A stretch of 64,000 nt of DNA. Origin: Nageia nagi (lineage: Eukaryota > Plantae > Pinophyta). The stretch lies in contig JBITNC010000002.1 in the NCBI GenBank assembly GCA_050084985.1, positions 35,402,001 to 35,466,000 of the forward strand, given 5' to 3'. The stretch's first letter is position 1. Each line of letters starts with the position of its first letter. The notes beneath the pieces were generated by a model, which saw only the letters and a list, made by a program, of their open reading frames with translations, did not search any database and was not told the DNA's origin. A program made the translations under genes and the position numbers. Of this stretch, positions 1-12,690 are shown piece after piece.

Positions 1-1300
1 TTGAGGTAAGTTACAAGGATTAAGGACCTTGCTCTCAAGTATTCTAAGTTGCCCTCATTTATTCTCTTTAGATTCTCAGATTCTAACTATGGGGGAGATA
101 GAGATGATAAAAAATTAACCTCTGCATATGTGTTTAGCATTGGTTCAGATGCTATCTCTTGGGCTTCTAATAAGTAGCCTACTATTTTTTTTTCCACTAC
201 AAAAGTTGAATACCATGCCATGTCTGTTGCAGTCTAAGAAGCCATTTGGCTAAAGTATCTTCTAAAAGAAATTGGGTATGAGTAAGGTGGCTCGTCTTTG
301 ATCTTTTCAGATAATCAGTCAGCTATTTCTTTGGCTAAGAATCTTGTGTTCCATTAGAGAATAAAACATGTGGAAATCCATGCTCATTTTATCAGGGAGA
401 AGGTTCTTGATGGCATCATACATCTGGAGTATTATCCATCCACCTTAAACTCTACTGATTTATTCATCAAGCCCCACTCGAAAGCTCAGTTTTGTAAGCT
501 TAGAGATGTTATGGGGTTGGTGAAGTTGCCTTTAAGGGGAAGTGAAGCTTGAATTCTTGTATTGAATTCATATTTGTGATGATAACTTCACCTCTAGGAG
601 GATTTTGGTTGTATAGTGTTGATTTTATTGTACACCTTTGTGGTAAGTTCGTTTTGCATGAGAAATTTGTACAAATTTTTAAAGCAAAAGATTGGCCAAT
701 CTAGCACTGTTCAGTTATCCATGTGTGAAGAACTCTTATGTGTCTTTTGACACTGTTCAATTATCTATATGTGATTAACTCGTATGTGCATGCTCTATTT
801 TGTAATGATAATCAACACATATTTTATATACATATGACTATAAGTTTTTGGCATGGCATCTTCGTGATGACTTATAGTGCACCATTGATCAGTTCATGAT
901 GGCATTTGTGTGATTCATCTATCCTTGATGAGATGAATATGTTGCATCTAACTGATCTTATTATTTGAGCTGCTTATGACTTGCAAGTTCTTTTGAGATT
1001 GCAAGTTACTTACCTCAAGTATGCAAGCTCTTAAAGACTCTTCATGAATTTCAGTTGGATGATTACTTCATGTACATTGAAACTGATTATGGTTAATGAT
1101 TGTATTTGGCAAAGTAGTGAGTCTCAAACTAGATCTTTCTTACTTCATAAATATGTAAAAAGTTCTCATCTCCGTTGTATCTGTTTAGAGGAGAGCTCTC
1201 TTAATTTCTCTCTTTCTTCTCTCTTATTCGCTCTATCCCAATATTGCATTAAGAGAAAGTGTTGGAATGTATAATGCATTATTGTAAGGGTTTTGTTTAA
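1..1300 (+). mobile_element. Degenerate Ty1/copia element (copy 1): end of RT/RNase H, 3' UTR, PPT and the first ~40 bp of the 3' LTR
   Basis: ORF 370-552 (KHVEIHAHFIREKV...TDLFIKP) is the copia RNase H C-terminus and is collinear with 19240-19422. The 3' UTR aligns with 19423-20524. A purine tract precedes TGTTGGAATG at 1260. Confidence 0.85.
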
Positions 1301-1669
1301 AGGATACATGTTTTTTATTAAATTTCAAATTTTAAACAAAAAGGAGAGAGATTCCTTTTTATTACATAAAAATAATTAATCCATGCATTTTTTTGTAAAG
1401 AGATCCTCTTGGCGTTGTAACAAAACCCTTTGGAATCTTAGGTTTCATGTTTTATGAATGATATATTTTTTCAAATACTTTACTTTATGTTAAGCACTAT
1501 GCTTATTTTTTGCAAAAATTGCAAACATTGAAAGTGCACCCCCTAAAATGAACACATTCTCATGTATATTTCGTAACATGACTTGTTTGGGGATCCACAA
1601 AGGGAGGAAAAGGCATATTAGAGCTTTCAATATGACAATCCAAATAGTGTAAAGTATGTACTTCTTAAT

Positions 1670-2167
1670 TGTTGAAATGTATAATGCATTATTGTAAAGA
1701 TTTTGTAATAATCTTTTATGTAAGTTCACTAATACTTAAGGGTATCATTTGATACCTTAAGTATTTAAATGAATATGATAATGTAACTTATTCTACACTC
1801 CATGTCATGAGCATGCCCCTTAGGTAAAAGGATGTGCATGTCATGTCTTTATACATTGAATAAAAAGATGATCCAAAGAGAGATTTTGGCCTATAAATAG
1901 AAGGCTCCCTCTTTGTGATTACACATCGATTATGGAGTAAAGTTATGCTATAGGATAGTGGTTAGGAGAAAAGAGTAAGAGGATTGTAAAAGTTCATATT
2001 TGTTACAAAGGGAGATCTAGTTAGTAGATGTACTCCTAGTTGGAGGAACCACTTACATCTTGTATTATCTTTGTGAGATTGCTTTGTGTGATAGTTAGAT
2101 GTGAATTAAGAGCTTTCATGTGATCTTGCTAGTTTAGAATTGTTCATGTTATGGTTCAATTCTCTCA
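1670..2167 (+). mobile_element. Solo LTR (copia family) with 5-bp TSD TTAAT
   Basis: Termini are TG...CA, with TTAAT at 1665-1669 and 2168-2172. It is homologous to the LTRs at 5632 and 63321. Removing it restores the leader sequence seen near 15058-15075. Confidence 0.9.
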
Positions 2168-4862
2168 TTAATTACCCCTAAGTCCTTTGTTGGTATGGAC
2201 ATAAATCCATATAAGTGGACATGTATGTGTGTTGTGATACCACATGTTTGCACGTCTATTCAAGGATATTCTGATAACTTAGGAGAAAAATTTGAAACCT
2301 AATCAAGATAATAATTTGGCTAATACAACATACGTCACATTTTCAAAAAATAGTTAGTTTCCTTGTGAGAGTATATTATTGACCAAGGGGAACTGATTGA
2401 GGATTGGTACGACTTAGGCTCCTTGCAAGCATCCAGTTGAAGGTCTAATTTTTAAAATGAGAAAGCAAGCCTCGACTTTACCCTCTCAACAATGTTACTT
2501 GACAAAATGTTGGATGCTTGGGTCATATGATTTGATGAGTTTGAAATTTGTTTGCTCATGTGAAATTGGTTAGTGAAATTCAACATGCTTGGTTGATTAC
2601 CATTATGGTTAGATAATTTGGTCAACAACTTGCAATTATTTTACATAGTGTAATGTTGATCTCATGCATGGAAATAAATCTACACTTTGGTGGCATTATT
2701 ACAATTCTTTTACCTTAAATAGATTGGCCTTGGAAATAAAACTTTAGGTCTTATGCATAATACAAATTGGCAATACAACTTTTAGGTCTTATAAACACTG
2801 TGATCTATACCTTGAATAGGTATCTTACGAAATCAGTTCAAGGCAAAACCCCATATGAAGCATGAATGAGAAGAAACCTAACATCACTCACCTTAGTTTT
2901 TTGGTTGTGATGCCTATGTTTTCATTGATTTTAAGAAAAGAAAGAAGCTAGATAAAAGATCCAAAAAGTGCATCTTTGTGGGCTTTGAAAGTCAATATAG
3001 AGGCTACAAGCTCTACTTTTCTTTCCTCTAGAGTAGTGTTTATCTTGAGGAATGTAAAGTTTAATAAGCTTCCTAAGGAATCTACTTCCTATGAGGACTT
3101 GGATGATTTAGATAACTCTTTTGTTGTACCTAACTAGTTGGACGTTAGTGTAGATAAGTCACCTCAGGAGAAAAAATCTCCAATAAAAAGGATAACAAAA
3201 AGTATGACCTTAAACAAATCCTTGTTTGCCAAACTAGATAACAAGAATGAGACCTCATCATTCAAGGAAGCTTCAAAGCACAAATGTTGGAAAGAAGCCA
3301 TGAAAGTGGAGTATAAGGTGCTTGTGTAAAATAAAACTTAGGACTTAGTTCCCTATCATAATGAAAGGAATGTGATTGAGAATAAATGGATCTACAAAGT
3401 CAAGTACAATTCAGTTGGAAAGATTAAGAAATATAAAGCAAGGTTAGTGGCCAAATGTTTTGCTTAAAAATATAAAGTTGATTATGAGGTAACCTTCTCT
3501 CATGGCAAAGATGCCCACTATCAAGATAATCCTTGCTCTTTTAGCAACTCAAAGTTGAAAGATTTTTTTAACTCGATGTAAAAAGTGCATTTCTCAATGG
3601 TGACTTAGAGGTGGAGATCTATATGAATGAACCAAAAGGGTGTGTTGTGAAAGGAAAAAAATCATTCGTATGCAAGCTAAAAAAATCGTTGTATGGACTT
3701 AAGTAAGCATTCAGAGTGTACAAGAATATTTTTTTTTTTTTTAAGAAATTGGTTTCTCTAAGTGCTTCTTTGACTCTGATTTATATGTGCTCAACCAGGG
3801 ATAATACTTGGTCTTGATTCTCCTTTACGTAGATCATCTTTTGATCACTAAGAATAATGATGAAATTATTCAAAAGTGCATATCCAAACTTAAGGCAACA
3901 TTTGAAATGATTAATCTTTATCTCTTATATTACTATCTTGATATTCAAATGTATCAATACAAGGATTGTGCCTACCTTAGTAAACCTAAGTATATCTAAG
4001 ATATTGCAAAAATTTAGAATGGAGGAGTGCAATTCTACTACAATCTAATCTCTCTTAAAATCTCTCCATCTCTAAACTCCAACTCTTAGTTGATAGATGC
4101 TATAACTTACATGCAATTAATTGGTAGTCTTCTTTATTTGAATATTTCTGGGCTAGATATTACCTTTGTAGTAAATATTATGGCATGATTTATATAAAAA
4201 TTGTAAGTTGAGCACCTCAATATTGTTAAGCAATTTTTGAGGTATGTTGTGAGAATGAAGGATTTTACTCTCAAGTATTCCAAGTTACCCTTGTTTATTC
4301 TCTTAGGGTATTCAAATTATGACTATGGGAAATAAAGAGATGATAGGAAATCAACCTTTTTTTATATATTTAGTCATGGTTCAGGTGTTATCTCTTAGGA
4401 TTTCAAGAAGCAACCTACTATTGATCTCTCCATTATAAAGATAAAATAGCATGTCATGTCAATCATAGCCTAGGAAGCCATTTGGTTGAGGCATATTATG
4501 AAAGAAATTGAATATGAGCAGGATCACTCATCTTATATTTCTTTAGATAATCAATTGACTATTGCTTTGGTAAGCAACATTATCTTCTATTAAAGAATAA
4601 AACATGTTGAAATCCAAGCACATTCCATCAAGGAGAAGGTTTTGGATGGTATCCTACAACTTCAGTATTGTTAATCAATCCTCAACTCGATTTGTTCACC
4701 AAGCCCCTTCTTGAAGCTCGATCTATAAGCTTAGAGAGTCTATTAAATTTGTAAAATTTCCCTAAAGGGAGGTTAAAGTTTGAATTCTTCTATTGAATTT
4801 ATATTTGTGATGACAATTTCACCCCTAGGAGGATTTTTGGTTGTATGGTATTGATATGTGTA

Positions 4863-5130
4863 TATACCTTTTGGTTAGTTCTTCTTATGTGATGAACTAT
4901 TTGTACACCTTGAGCATATAATAGACCATTGTTAACACTATTCAATTATCCATATGGTAGGAACTTGTATGTGCATATGATGGATCATTTTTGCACTATT
5001 CAATTATCCACATGTGAGGAACTTGTATGTCTTTTAGCATTGTTCAATTATCCATATGTGAGGAACTCGTATGTGTCTTTTGGCATTATTTAGGTATCCA
5101 TGTGTGAGGAACTCATATGTATATTTTTTT
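4863..5130 (+). repeat. Tandem ~44-57-bp repeats in the copia 3' UTR (4 units plus one unit of the other type)
   Basis: Repeated CACTRTTCAATTATCCAYATGTGAGGAACTYGTATGT. Two units of the same repeat occur at ~705-790 in copy 1. Confidence 0.8.
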
Positions 5131-6340
5131 ATGCTCTATTTGTGATGATAATCAACATATGTTATGTATACAAACAGGTGACTATGAGAATTGGCTTGAC
5201 ATCTTTGTAATAACTAATAGTACACCATTGATCAATTTATGGATAACATTGCTTGATTCATTTATCCTTATTGATATGAATATGTATATGATGCATCTAA
5301 TTGATCTTATTTTTGAGTTGCCTATAACTTACAGGTTTTTTCTTATGATTGCAGGTAACTTACTTCAGGTATGTAAGCTCATGGAGGTTCATCATATCAA
5401 CTTTTGATTGAATAACTACTTTATATACATTAAAATTGATTGCACTTAATGATTGTATTGTAAACTATTTGTCAGAATGGTAAAGTAGTGAGTCTTAAAC
5501 TATGATCTTTCTTACTTCTTAAAGATATAAAAACTATCATCTCTGATTGTATCTGTATGGAGGAGAACTCTCTTTTACTCTCTCTTTCTTCTCTCTTCTT
5601 CATTCTATCCCAATATTGCATTAAGGGGGAGTGTTGGAATGTATAATGCATTATTGTAAGGTTTTCTAAGTTTTTTTTTGTAAATTCACAAATATTATTG
5701 TAAGGTTTTATAAGGTTATTCTTGTAAATTCACCAATACTTAAAGGTATCCCTGGATACCTTAAGTATTTAAGTGAATATGATAATGTAACTTGTCCTAC
5801 ACTCCTCATGAGCATGCCCCTTGGGTAAAAGGGTGAAGCATGTCATGTCTTTGTATAATGGTTAAAAGGGTGATCCAAGGGAGGATTGTGGCCTATAAAT
5901 AAAAGGCCCTATCTTTGATATCACACACCAAAAGGTTGAAGCAAAGTTATACTCTAGGATTAGTTTTAAAAGAGGGAGAAAAAGGTCTTGTAAGAGAGTT
6001 ATCTTAGTGAATGAGAAATAACATATTTAATGGATGTACTCCCATGGTTGGAGGAACCATTTACATTGGTGTTATCTTGTATGAATGTTATCTTCGATTT
6101 GCTTAATTCATGCAACCAACGGTGTGGTATCTTTAAGTTGTTGGTGGCATTCATCTTTGTGAATTTTGTGTGATGATTGATGAATGGTTTCTACTATTTC
6201 ATGTTCGTGTGATTGCTATGAAGCTACATTAATTATCATTGTTCATTAGATACCATATTTTTTATATATGCTTCAATAATATAATACAGATAAATAGTGC
6301 ATTGATTTTATTATTTATGTATTATTTGAGGTCTACATTT

Positions 6341-6353
6341 TGGTGAACCTGAC
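6341..6353 (+). other. Primer-binding site of the Tat element, tRNA-Trp-like
   Basis: TGGTGAACCTGAC lies 3 nt after the LTR end. The complement of the plant tRNA-Trp 3' end, recalled from memory, is TGGTGAACCCGAC (12/13 match). Confidence 0.65.
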
Positions 6354-8045
6354 TATTTGATTTATGTTTGCCTCCTGGCGAGATCTTTTGAGAATTCTAT
6401 AATAGATCTGCACCACCAACGATGTTTTTTGGTTGTTCTTAGGCCATCAACAGTATTAAAATGGAATAAGTGGTTCGAGAGATGCTTAGAGAAGTGCACA
6501 AACTGTGCAAAGAGGTAAATGAACTAAAAGGTTCAAGTAGCTCATTGATAGTGCCAGATCTTGTCATAGCTGCAAGACTTACCAATCTTAAGAATAGCAA
6601 GAGATCACAACAAAGTGAAAAGGACTATGATGGTGTATTCATCTCACCCTTATCAGAGGAGATCCATAGTTTTCTCCTACCATCTGAGCATAAGGCCTCC
6701 AAGTTTGAGATGTTTAGCGACGACCAAGACCCAAAATAACATCTTATTAGCTTTCAGGAGTTCTTATTGAAATTAGGGTTGAAGGAGAAGTTGATGGCAA
6801 AGTTCTTCCCAAGGGTTTGAAAGGTGATGCTAGTTAGTGGTTCTATAATTGGCTCGATGGTTCAATTGATTCTTTCAATTCATTGGTCAAATTATTCATG
6901 GTACAATACAAACACAACATCAAGGAGCAAAGTATCGTGATAGAGTTATGTGCAATGAGACAAGGGGGTAATGAAACCCTAAAAGAGTACATTCCATGAT
7001 TTAAAAATGTATGGCAATCCATTCAAAGCAAAGTGAAATTTGTGCTATATTTAAAGATTCTATCTTACCTGTTATCAATTTGCATGCTCCTAGTAATAAG
7101 AATATTGGATTTGGAGTATTGATATAAGAGTTATTATAAAAATAAAATGTTCTACTTGGGTTAGGGGAGCTTACGTATGCACCTAATCCTTTCAACAAGG
7201 AGAATAGAAGAACATATGCTAAAAAAGAAAAAAATATGGTACACATGGTTGATAGACTTGCTTCTCCACTAAAATTGCAAAGATTTGCCACTAGAAAAGA
7301 TATGAGATACACCTTTCCAATTTAGCCAAGGTTTATTATGAGGGATCTAATGAAAAGAGGATTATTGCATCCATTGGAAAAATCAGCATAAGATAATAAT
7401 GTTCCCATGGGAAAATCTGGTGCTTGTTGCACATATCATCAAAGAAAGGGTCATGCTATGAATTTTTGCAAAGCCTTAAAGGTAGCCATATTGGATTTTA
7501 TTACTTAAGAAAAGTATCAAATTGATCAAATAAATGCAAATCAAGGAAATACAATGAATATAGTCTCAATGGATAAAGAGGTTTGTGCTAGGTTAAGAAG
7601 AGAGTGTCCAAGGCATACTCCCAATCTAGTTACTCCATAACAAATAAGTATTCCACCTGATCCAAAGACATATAGTATGATTGAGCAATTAAAAACTACA
7701 GCAAATTTTAGTTTATATGATTTTATATCCACTTCTCAAATATATAGAGAGATATTATATGCTTTGTTAAAAAAGGAGAGTCCTTACAAATATGTTTGTT
7801 GTTATGTTCTCTGAAAATCTTAGAGCTATCAAGGAATGTGATGCTATCTCTTTTTACAAATATGAAAAGCTTAATAAGGAATTGCTTGATGAATGTTTAA
7901 CTTTATAAATTATGCCTATGATTGATAAATGGAAAAGTAAGAGAACATTGGTAGATAATGGATTAGCTGTTAATGTATGCTCTCATAATTTTTTGATCCA
8001 ATTACAAGAAAAAGGTGTAGAAATCCATCCATTAGAAGAAGCTAC

Positions 8046-8996
8046 CACTAGTACCAAAAGGTCGATTTCCGTCCTTTTTTGTGTCCAAATTCTTTGTTAT
8101 TTTTTTATGTTTTTCCAATTTTTCTGATGCAAAAACAAGTTGAAATAGGCGAAACAAAAATTGCATCATTTTTTGCCACTTTTTGTATCATTTTTTTAGA
8201 ATTTATGTTGGTTTTTGTGTTCTTTTTTGCATAGTTTTTTACATCTATTTTTAAAAAATATATCATATAATTGTAGATCTTTTAATTCTATGCAATTTAA
8301 AAAAAAAGGGCTCAAAATGATATCCAGATCAAATGTTACGACCTCTACAAGTTGCATCATTTTTATTAGGTCATGGGGGAATGACATAGGTCCATTAAAC
8401 CAGTTTAGGAATGGGTGGTTACTGGTTTAGGTTTTAAATTTTTTAATTTATTATATATTATTTTGCTAAATAATATAATAATTATTTTAATGCCTACTTC
8501 TTTGTTGGCCTTCGAAGGAGTTTTCTTTGTGGGCTTCTTGTCTGCCTTGGGCACCATAGCTATGATCGAAACCTAAAAACTAAGGAAGAAAAAAATTAGC
8601 TAAAGTGTATGAAATGTAAGGATTATAGGGAGTGTTTATTGATATATATAGATAGGATACAGTATTTGGCTATTGGATAATTGCTTTTGGTACGAATGGA
8701 GGATGAAATGGATGTGAGTTGTCAATTGGTTGATTGATGAATAGGTAAAATGTGTTTTATATTTTTATCAATGAAATGTGATGTAAAATTTGTGTTGAAA
8801 TTTGCATCTTTTTTTGCCTTGAAATTTACATCTAAATTTACATCATTTTTCCATAATTTGCATAAAAAAATGAAAAAATAGAAAAATAAAATAAAATGAT
8901 GCATGTCAACGCAAAAGGATGCAAATTAACATCGATTTTTGTTTTAGATATTTAAAGATGCAAAAAAGGATGCAAATCACCCTTTTGGTAGTAGTG
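8046..8996. mobile_element. Non-autonomous CACTA (En/Spm) DNA transposon, 951 bp, 3-bp TSD TAC
   Basis: TIRs are CACTAGTACCAAAAGG ... CCTTTTGGTAGTAGTG (15/16 match). TAC lies at 8043-8045 and 8997-8999. Subterminal TTGCATC/GATGCAA motifs occur at both ends. The gypsy protease sequence resumes after it. Confidence 0.93.
8491..8557 (-). pseudogene. Captured 5' fragment of a histone H2B gene inside the CACTA element
   Basis: The minus strand reads MVPKADKKPTKKTPSKANKEVG, resembling the plant H2B N-terminus MAPKAEKKP. It is a GC-richer island in an AT-rich element, with TATA- and CCAAT-like motifs upstream (8640-8680). Confidence 0.65.
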
Positions 8997-10342
8997 TACA
9001 TTCAAGATTTAGGCATATAATAGCTCATCTAAAAAACCAATTGGGATAGCCACAATTATGGTAACCACAGGAGTAAGGACAATTGCAGCTAAGTTTTAGT
9101 TTGTTGATTCCAAATTATCATATAATTTGATATTGGGAAGGCCTTGGCTTTATTATATAGGTGCAGTCCCATCTACAGTACATGGAAGATTAAAGTTTGA
9201 ATATCAGGGTGAGGTCCATTCAATTCTTGATGATCCAAAATCATATGCTTTCTATAATGCAATAGATTTTGAGGAATTTACAATGACATGTCCAAGATAT
9301 GAGGTCGAGCCCTTAGAACAATGTGCATCGAGGGAAAATGCAAAAAAATAAACTCAGATTATGGAAACTAGAATGGGTACATACAAAATTGAGAACGTGG
9401 ATATGTTTGCATCTATTAAAGATTTGGGATGACCCAAAATTCTATCTGTGGAGGGTCGTTAATGGCATGCTATCCAACCAGAGGGTCGCTAATGATGTGG
9501 AACTCATAGATACAAGGAAGGATCTTGCTCCGTCACATTTGTGTCGTCCAATCCAGACAAATCAATAATAATACAAATGACTACTGAAATGGGTAAACTC
9601 TTTCTATCTCCTTTTGTTCACAAGTACATGGTTGAAAATTGTAAGTATAAAGGGGGAGGATTAGAAAAATCTAAGCAAGGTATGTCCTCTTAACCTGATA
9701 ATTCAAGAGCACATATGACTAAAGATGGATTGGGTAGTGATAGAAACACCAAGGAAACATTGGGATCAATAAAGTTTATGAAATAATGCAATTTAATTGA
9801 ATTGCTTGACAATATTGATAGAGATTTATGGATTGATGATACTATTCCTTTTGAATTTGATTGCTTCAATACTAATGATGATATTTTAGAATACTTGAGG
9901 GCATATATAATTACCCAAGTCTAATGAAAAGAGACAAGCAAGTTATATCCTTAATGAATATGCTTATTTTGGTCAAGAGGTGAATTTTAATGAAGTATTT
10001 CAGGTTTAGCCAAAGGATAATAGTACATATGACATACAAGGATTAGAGGAATTACCTTACCTATTATAGAAAGAAGATGAGTTTACATTTCCAGCTAAAT
10101 AATTGGTGAATGTTAACATTAGGACTACCAATGAGCAAAGATTGGTTCAAGTTGAAGCAACCCTTCCTCCCCCACAATAGGAAAGGTACAAAAATAAGTT
10201 CATTGAGCATCATAAAATTTTTGATTGGTCTTATGATGATGTGCTTGGTTTAGATCCTTCATTTGATATGCATAATTTACCACTTAAATAAGGGGCTAAA
10301 CCAATTAAGCAAAAGCCAATAAAGATACATCCTTTAAACTCT

Positions 10343-11630
10343 TTGTTAGTTAAGAAAGAAATAGAGAAGTATTTGAATGCTAGATTTATTAGACTAGTTG
10401 ATTATTTTGAATGGATGGTTAACATTGTTCCTATTACAAATTCAAATGGGGAAATAAAGATTTGTACTGATTTTTATGATATCAATAATGCTTGTCCTAA
10501 AGATGATTTTCCATTACCCAATATTGATATAATTATGGATAATATAGTTGGTCATGATACATTATCTTTCATGGATAGATTTTATGGTTATAATCAAATA
10601 CTAATCAATCCGACTGACCAACATAAGATTGCTTTCACCACTCCATGGGGAAATTTTTGTTGGAAGGTTATGCCTTTTGGATTGAAAAATGTAGGTGCCA
10701 CTTACCAAAGGTCTATGGTCTCAATGTTTCATGAGCACATCCATACATCAGTTGAGGTATATGTTGATGATATCTTGGTGAAGTCAAAATAAGGCCAAGA
10801 TCATTTAGAGTTGCTTGGGGAGGTCTTTCAAAGTTTGAAAAGGTACAAACTTAGACTTAAACCTCAAAAATGTGCTTTTTGTGTGACTTCTAGAAAGTTG
10901 CTTGGTTTCATGGTATCTAAAACAGGAATTGAAGTAGATCCCAAAAAAGTGAAAGCCATAATTAGCATGCCTCCCCCAAGAAATCTAAAGCAATTAAGGA
11001 GTCTCCAAGGAAATATTAATTTGGTAAGAAGGTTCATTTCCCAACTTGGAGATAAGTGTAGACCCTTTACTCATCTATTGAAAAAGGATGTTAAATTTGT
11101 ATGGGATGACAAATGCCAAAAAGATATTGAGGATATCAAATAATATTTGCTCAATCTTCCTATCCTAATGCCTATGGATTTTTCAAAACTTGGTTATTTG
11201 TATATCTCAACTACATTGTATGCCTTGGGGGCAATGTTGTGCCAATAGGATGAAGAAAATAAAGAAAGAGCAGCCATCTATTACCTTAGCTAAACTCTTG
11301 TTGATTATGAGACTAGATATACTCCAATGGAAAAACTTTGCTATGGTATTATATTTGCTATTGAAAAATTGAGGCACTATCTTTCATATTGCACTATGTT
11401 TATTGTTAGCCTTGTTAATCAATTGAAATGTCTTGTGGTAAAGTAGTATTTATCAGGTAGGGTAGCAAAGTAGCTAATGTTATTGCAGGAGTTTGATATC
11501 AATGTGGAAAAATAGAAGTCCATCAAAGGATAGTCCATCATAAATTTAATAGCTAAGTTTCTTCAGAATGATGAACTAATGATCCATGAAGAATTTCCAA
11601 ATGAGTATGAGGAAGACACACACCGTCAAT
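10343..11630 (+). pseudogene. Gypsy reverse transcriptase / RNase H (disrupted)
   Basis: ORFs 10343-10792 and 10811-11143 contain RT motifs (YVDD, LKPQKCAF, LLGFMVS, GIEVDPKKV) and have in-frame stops. Confidence 0.9.
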
Positions 11631-11638
11631 GGCATAAA

Positions 11639-12116
11639 TGTTAGAATTTGTAATGAAATATTGTGAATATCTAAACTCCTTGTAAATTCAATTAATCACT
11701 TAAAGGATATGTAGATACCTTAAGGGATTAATTGAATTCTTTATTATGTGTGGACTTTGACCTTACCATGGGGTTAGTTGGTAGGTTAAAGTTAGGTAAT
11801 ACATTTATTGTAACCCTAACTTTACCCTTGGGTTAAAGGGAGGTTAGGGAGGTGCTCTCAAGCTATAAATAGAGGGCCTCTCCTCTTGTAACATAACTAA
11901 GATTTGGAGTAAGATTACTCTACTAGTTTGTGTAGGAGAGAAAGAGAATTGTAGTAAGAGGTGCATAGATTGAGAATTGAGAACTAGTTGTGGATGTACT
12001 CCCAAGGAGGGAGGAACCACATTATATTTGTGTTATCTTGTGTGAATGGTGTTATGTTGAATGATTAAGTTTCCTAGTCTTGGACCTTGAGAATTAGAGT
12101 AGGTCTAATTCCTTCA
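11639..12116 (+). repeat. 5' LTR of the copia element
   Basis: Direct repeat of 20525-21002 with an internal TATAAATA. Confidence 0.97.
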
Positions 12117-12118
12117 AT

Positions 12119-12131
12119 TGGTATCTAGAGC
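12119..12131 (+). other. Primer-binding site, tRNA-iMet type
   Basis: TGGTATCTAGAGC lies 2 nt after the LTR (canonical TGGTATCAGAGC with one extra T). Confidence 0.85.
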
Positions 12132-12617
12132 TTGGTGTGGAAGCTCTTTTTGGTGTGGAAGCTCTTATTCCTTCAATTTTAAGGTCTTGGTGAGGTAAAT
12201 TAAAGAGAAGGTATAACCTCCTTCATATAATCTCCTTAATTTTTTTTGGCTTGTCACTAATGATACTAACATATCTTGAGTTTTGTGTTAGTTAATTTTG
12301 CAAAAAAAAAGGGCTAAAAAATAGAAATATAATGCTTTTAATTATACTAACCTCTAGTGAGCATGATGTTTTGAGATTAATATATAAAAATTGCAATATT
12401 TCTTTATGCCATTTATTGTTGAATTAAAGAGGCAACTCTCAATTTTTATACTTTTATTCAAAGTTTGAAATTTTTTGAGAGCAATATTTAATATTACAAG
12501 GAGTATACAAATTGTTTTGCCTTAAAATTAGCCTTATATAAATTTGTATACAAGGAGTATTACTATATAATTTTTTTTTGAATCTTTATGACCTTGAAAA
12601 AAAAAATTATACAAATT

Positions 12618-12690
12618 TTTTGTGAGCGTGGATCGAACACGCGACCTTTAGATCTTCAGTTTGACGCTCTCCCAACTGAGCTATACAAAT
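12618..12690 (-). pseudogene. tRNA-Phe(GAA)-derived sequence with the acceptor stem replaced, inside the copia leader
   Basis: The minus strand reads ATAGCTCAGTTGGGAGAGCGTCAAACTGAAGATCTAAAGGTCGCGTGTTCGATCCACGCTCAC. This matches plant cytosolic tRNA-Phe positions ~7-69 (recalled sequence) with two G>A changes. A and B boxes are intact. The 5' GCGGGG and 3' CGCA are missing. Confidence 0.88.

Larger units (their letters stand above)
1300..6090 (+). mobile_element. Degenerate, internally deleted Ty1/copia element (copy 2): end of leader, integrase C-terminus, RT, RNase H, 3' UTR, PPT, truncated 3' LTR
   Basis: 1400-2470 aligns with the leader of the intact copy (14810-15380). 2800-4780 aligns with 17420-19422 but has many stops and frameshifts. 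PPT AAGGGGGAG lies at 5623-5631 and the LTR starts TGTTGG at 5632. Gag, protease and most of integrase are absent. Confidence 0.85.

Noticed and set aside
12618-12690. Functional tRNA-Phe gene
   Set aside because: The native acceptor stem is absent and the anticodon stem has two G>A changes.
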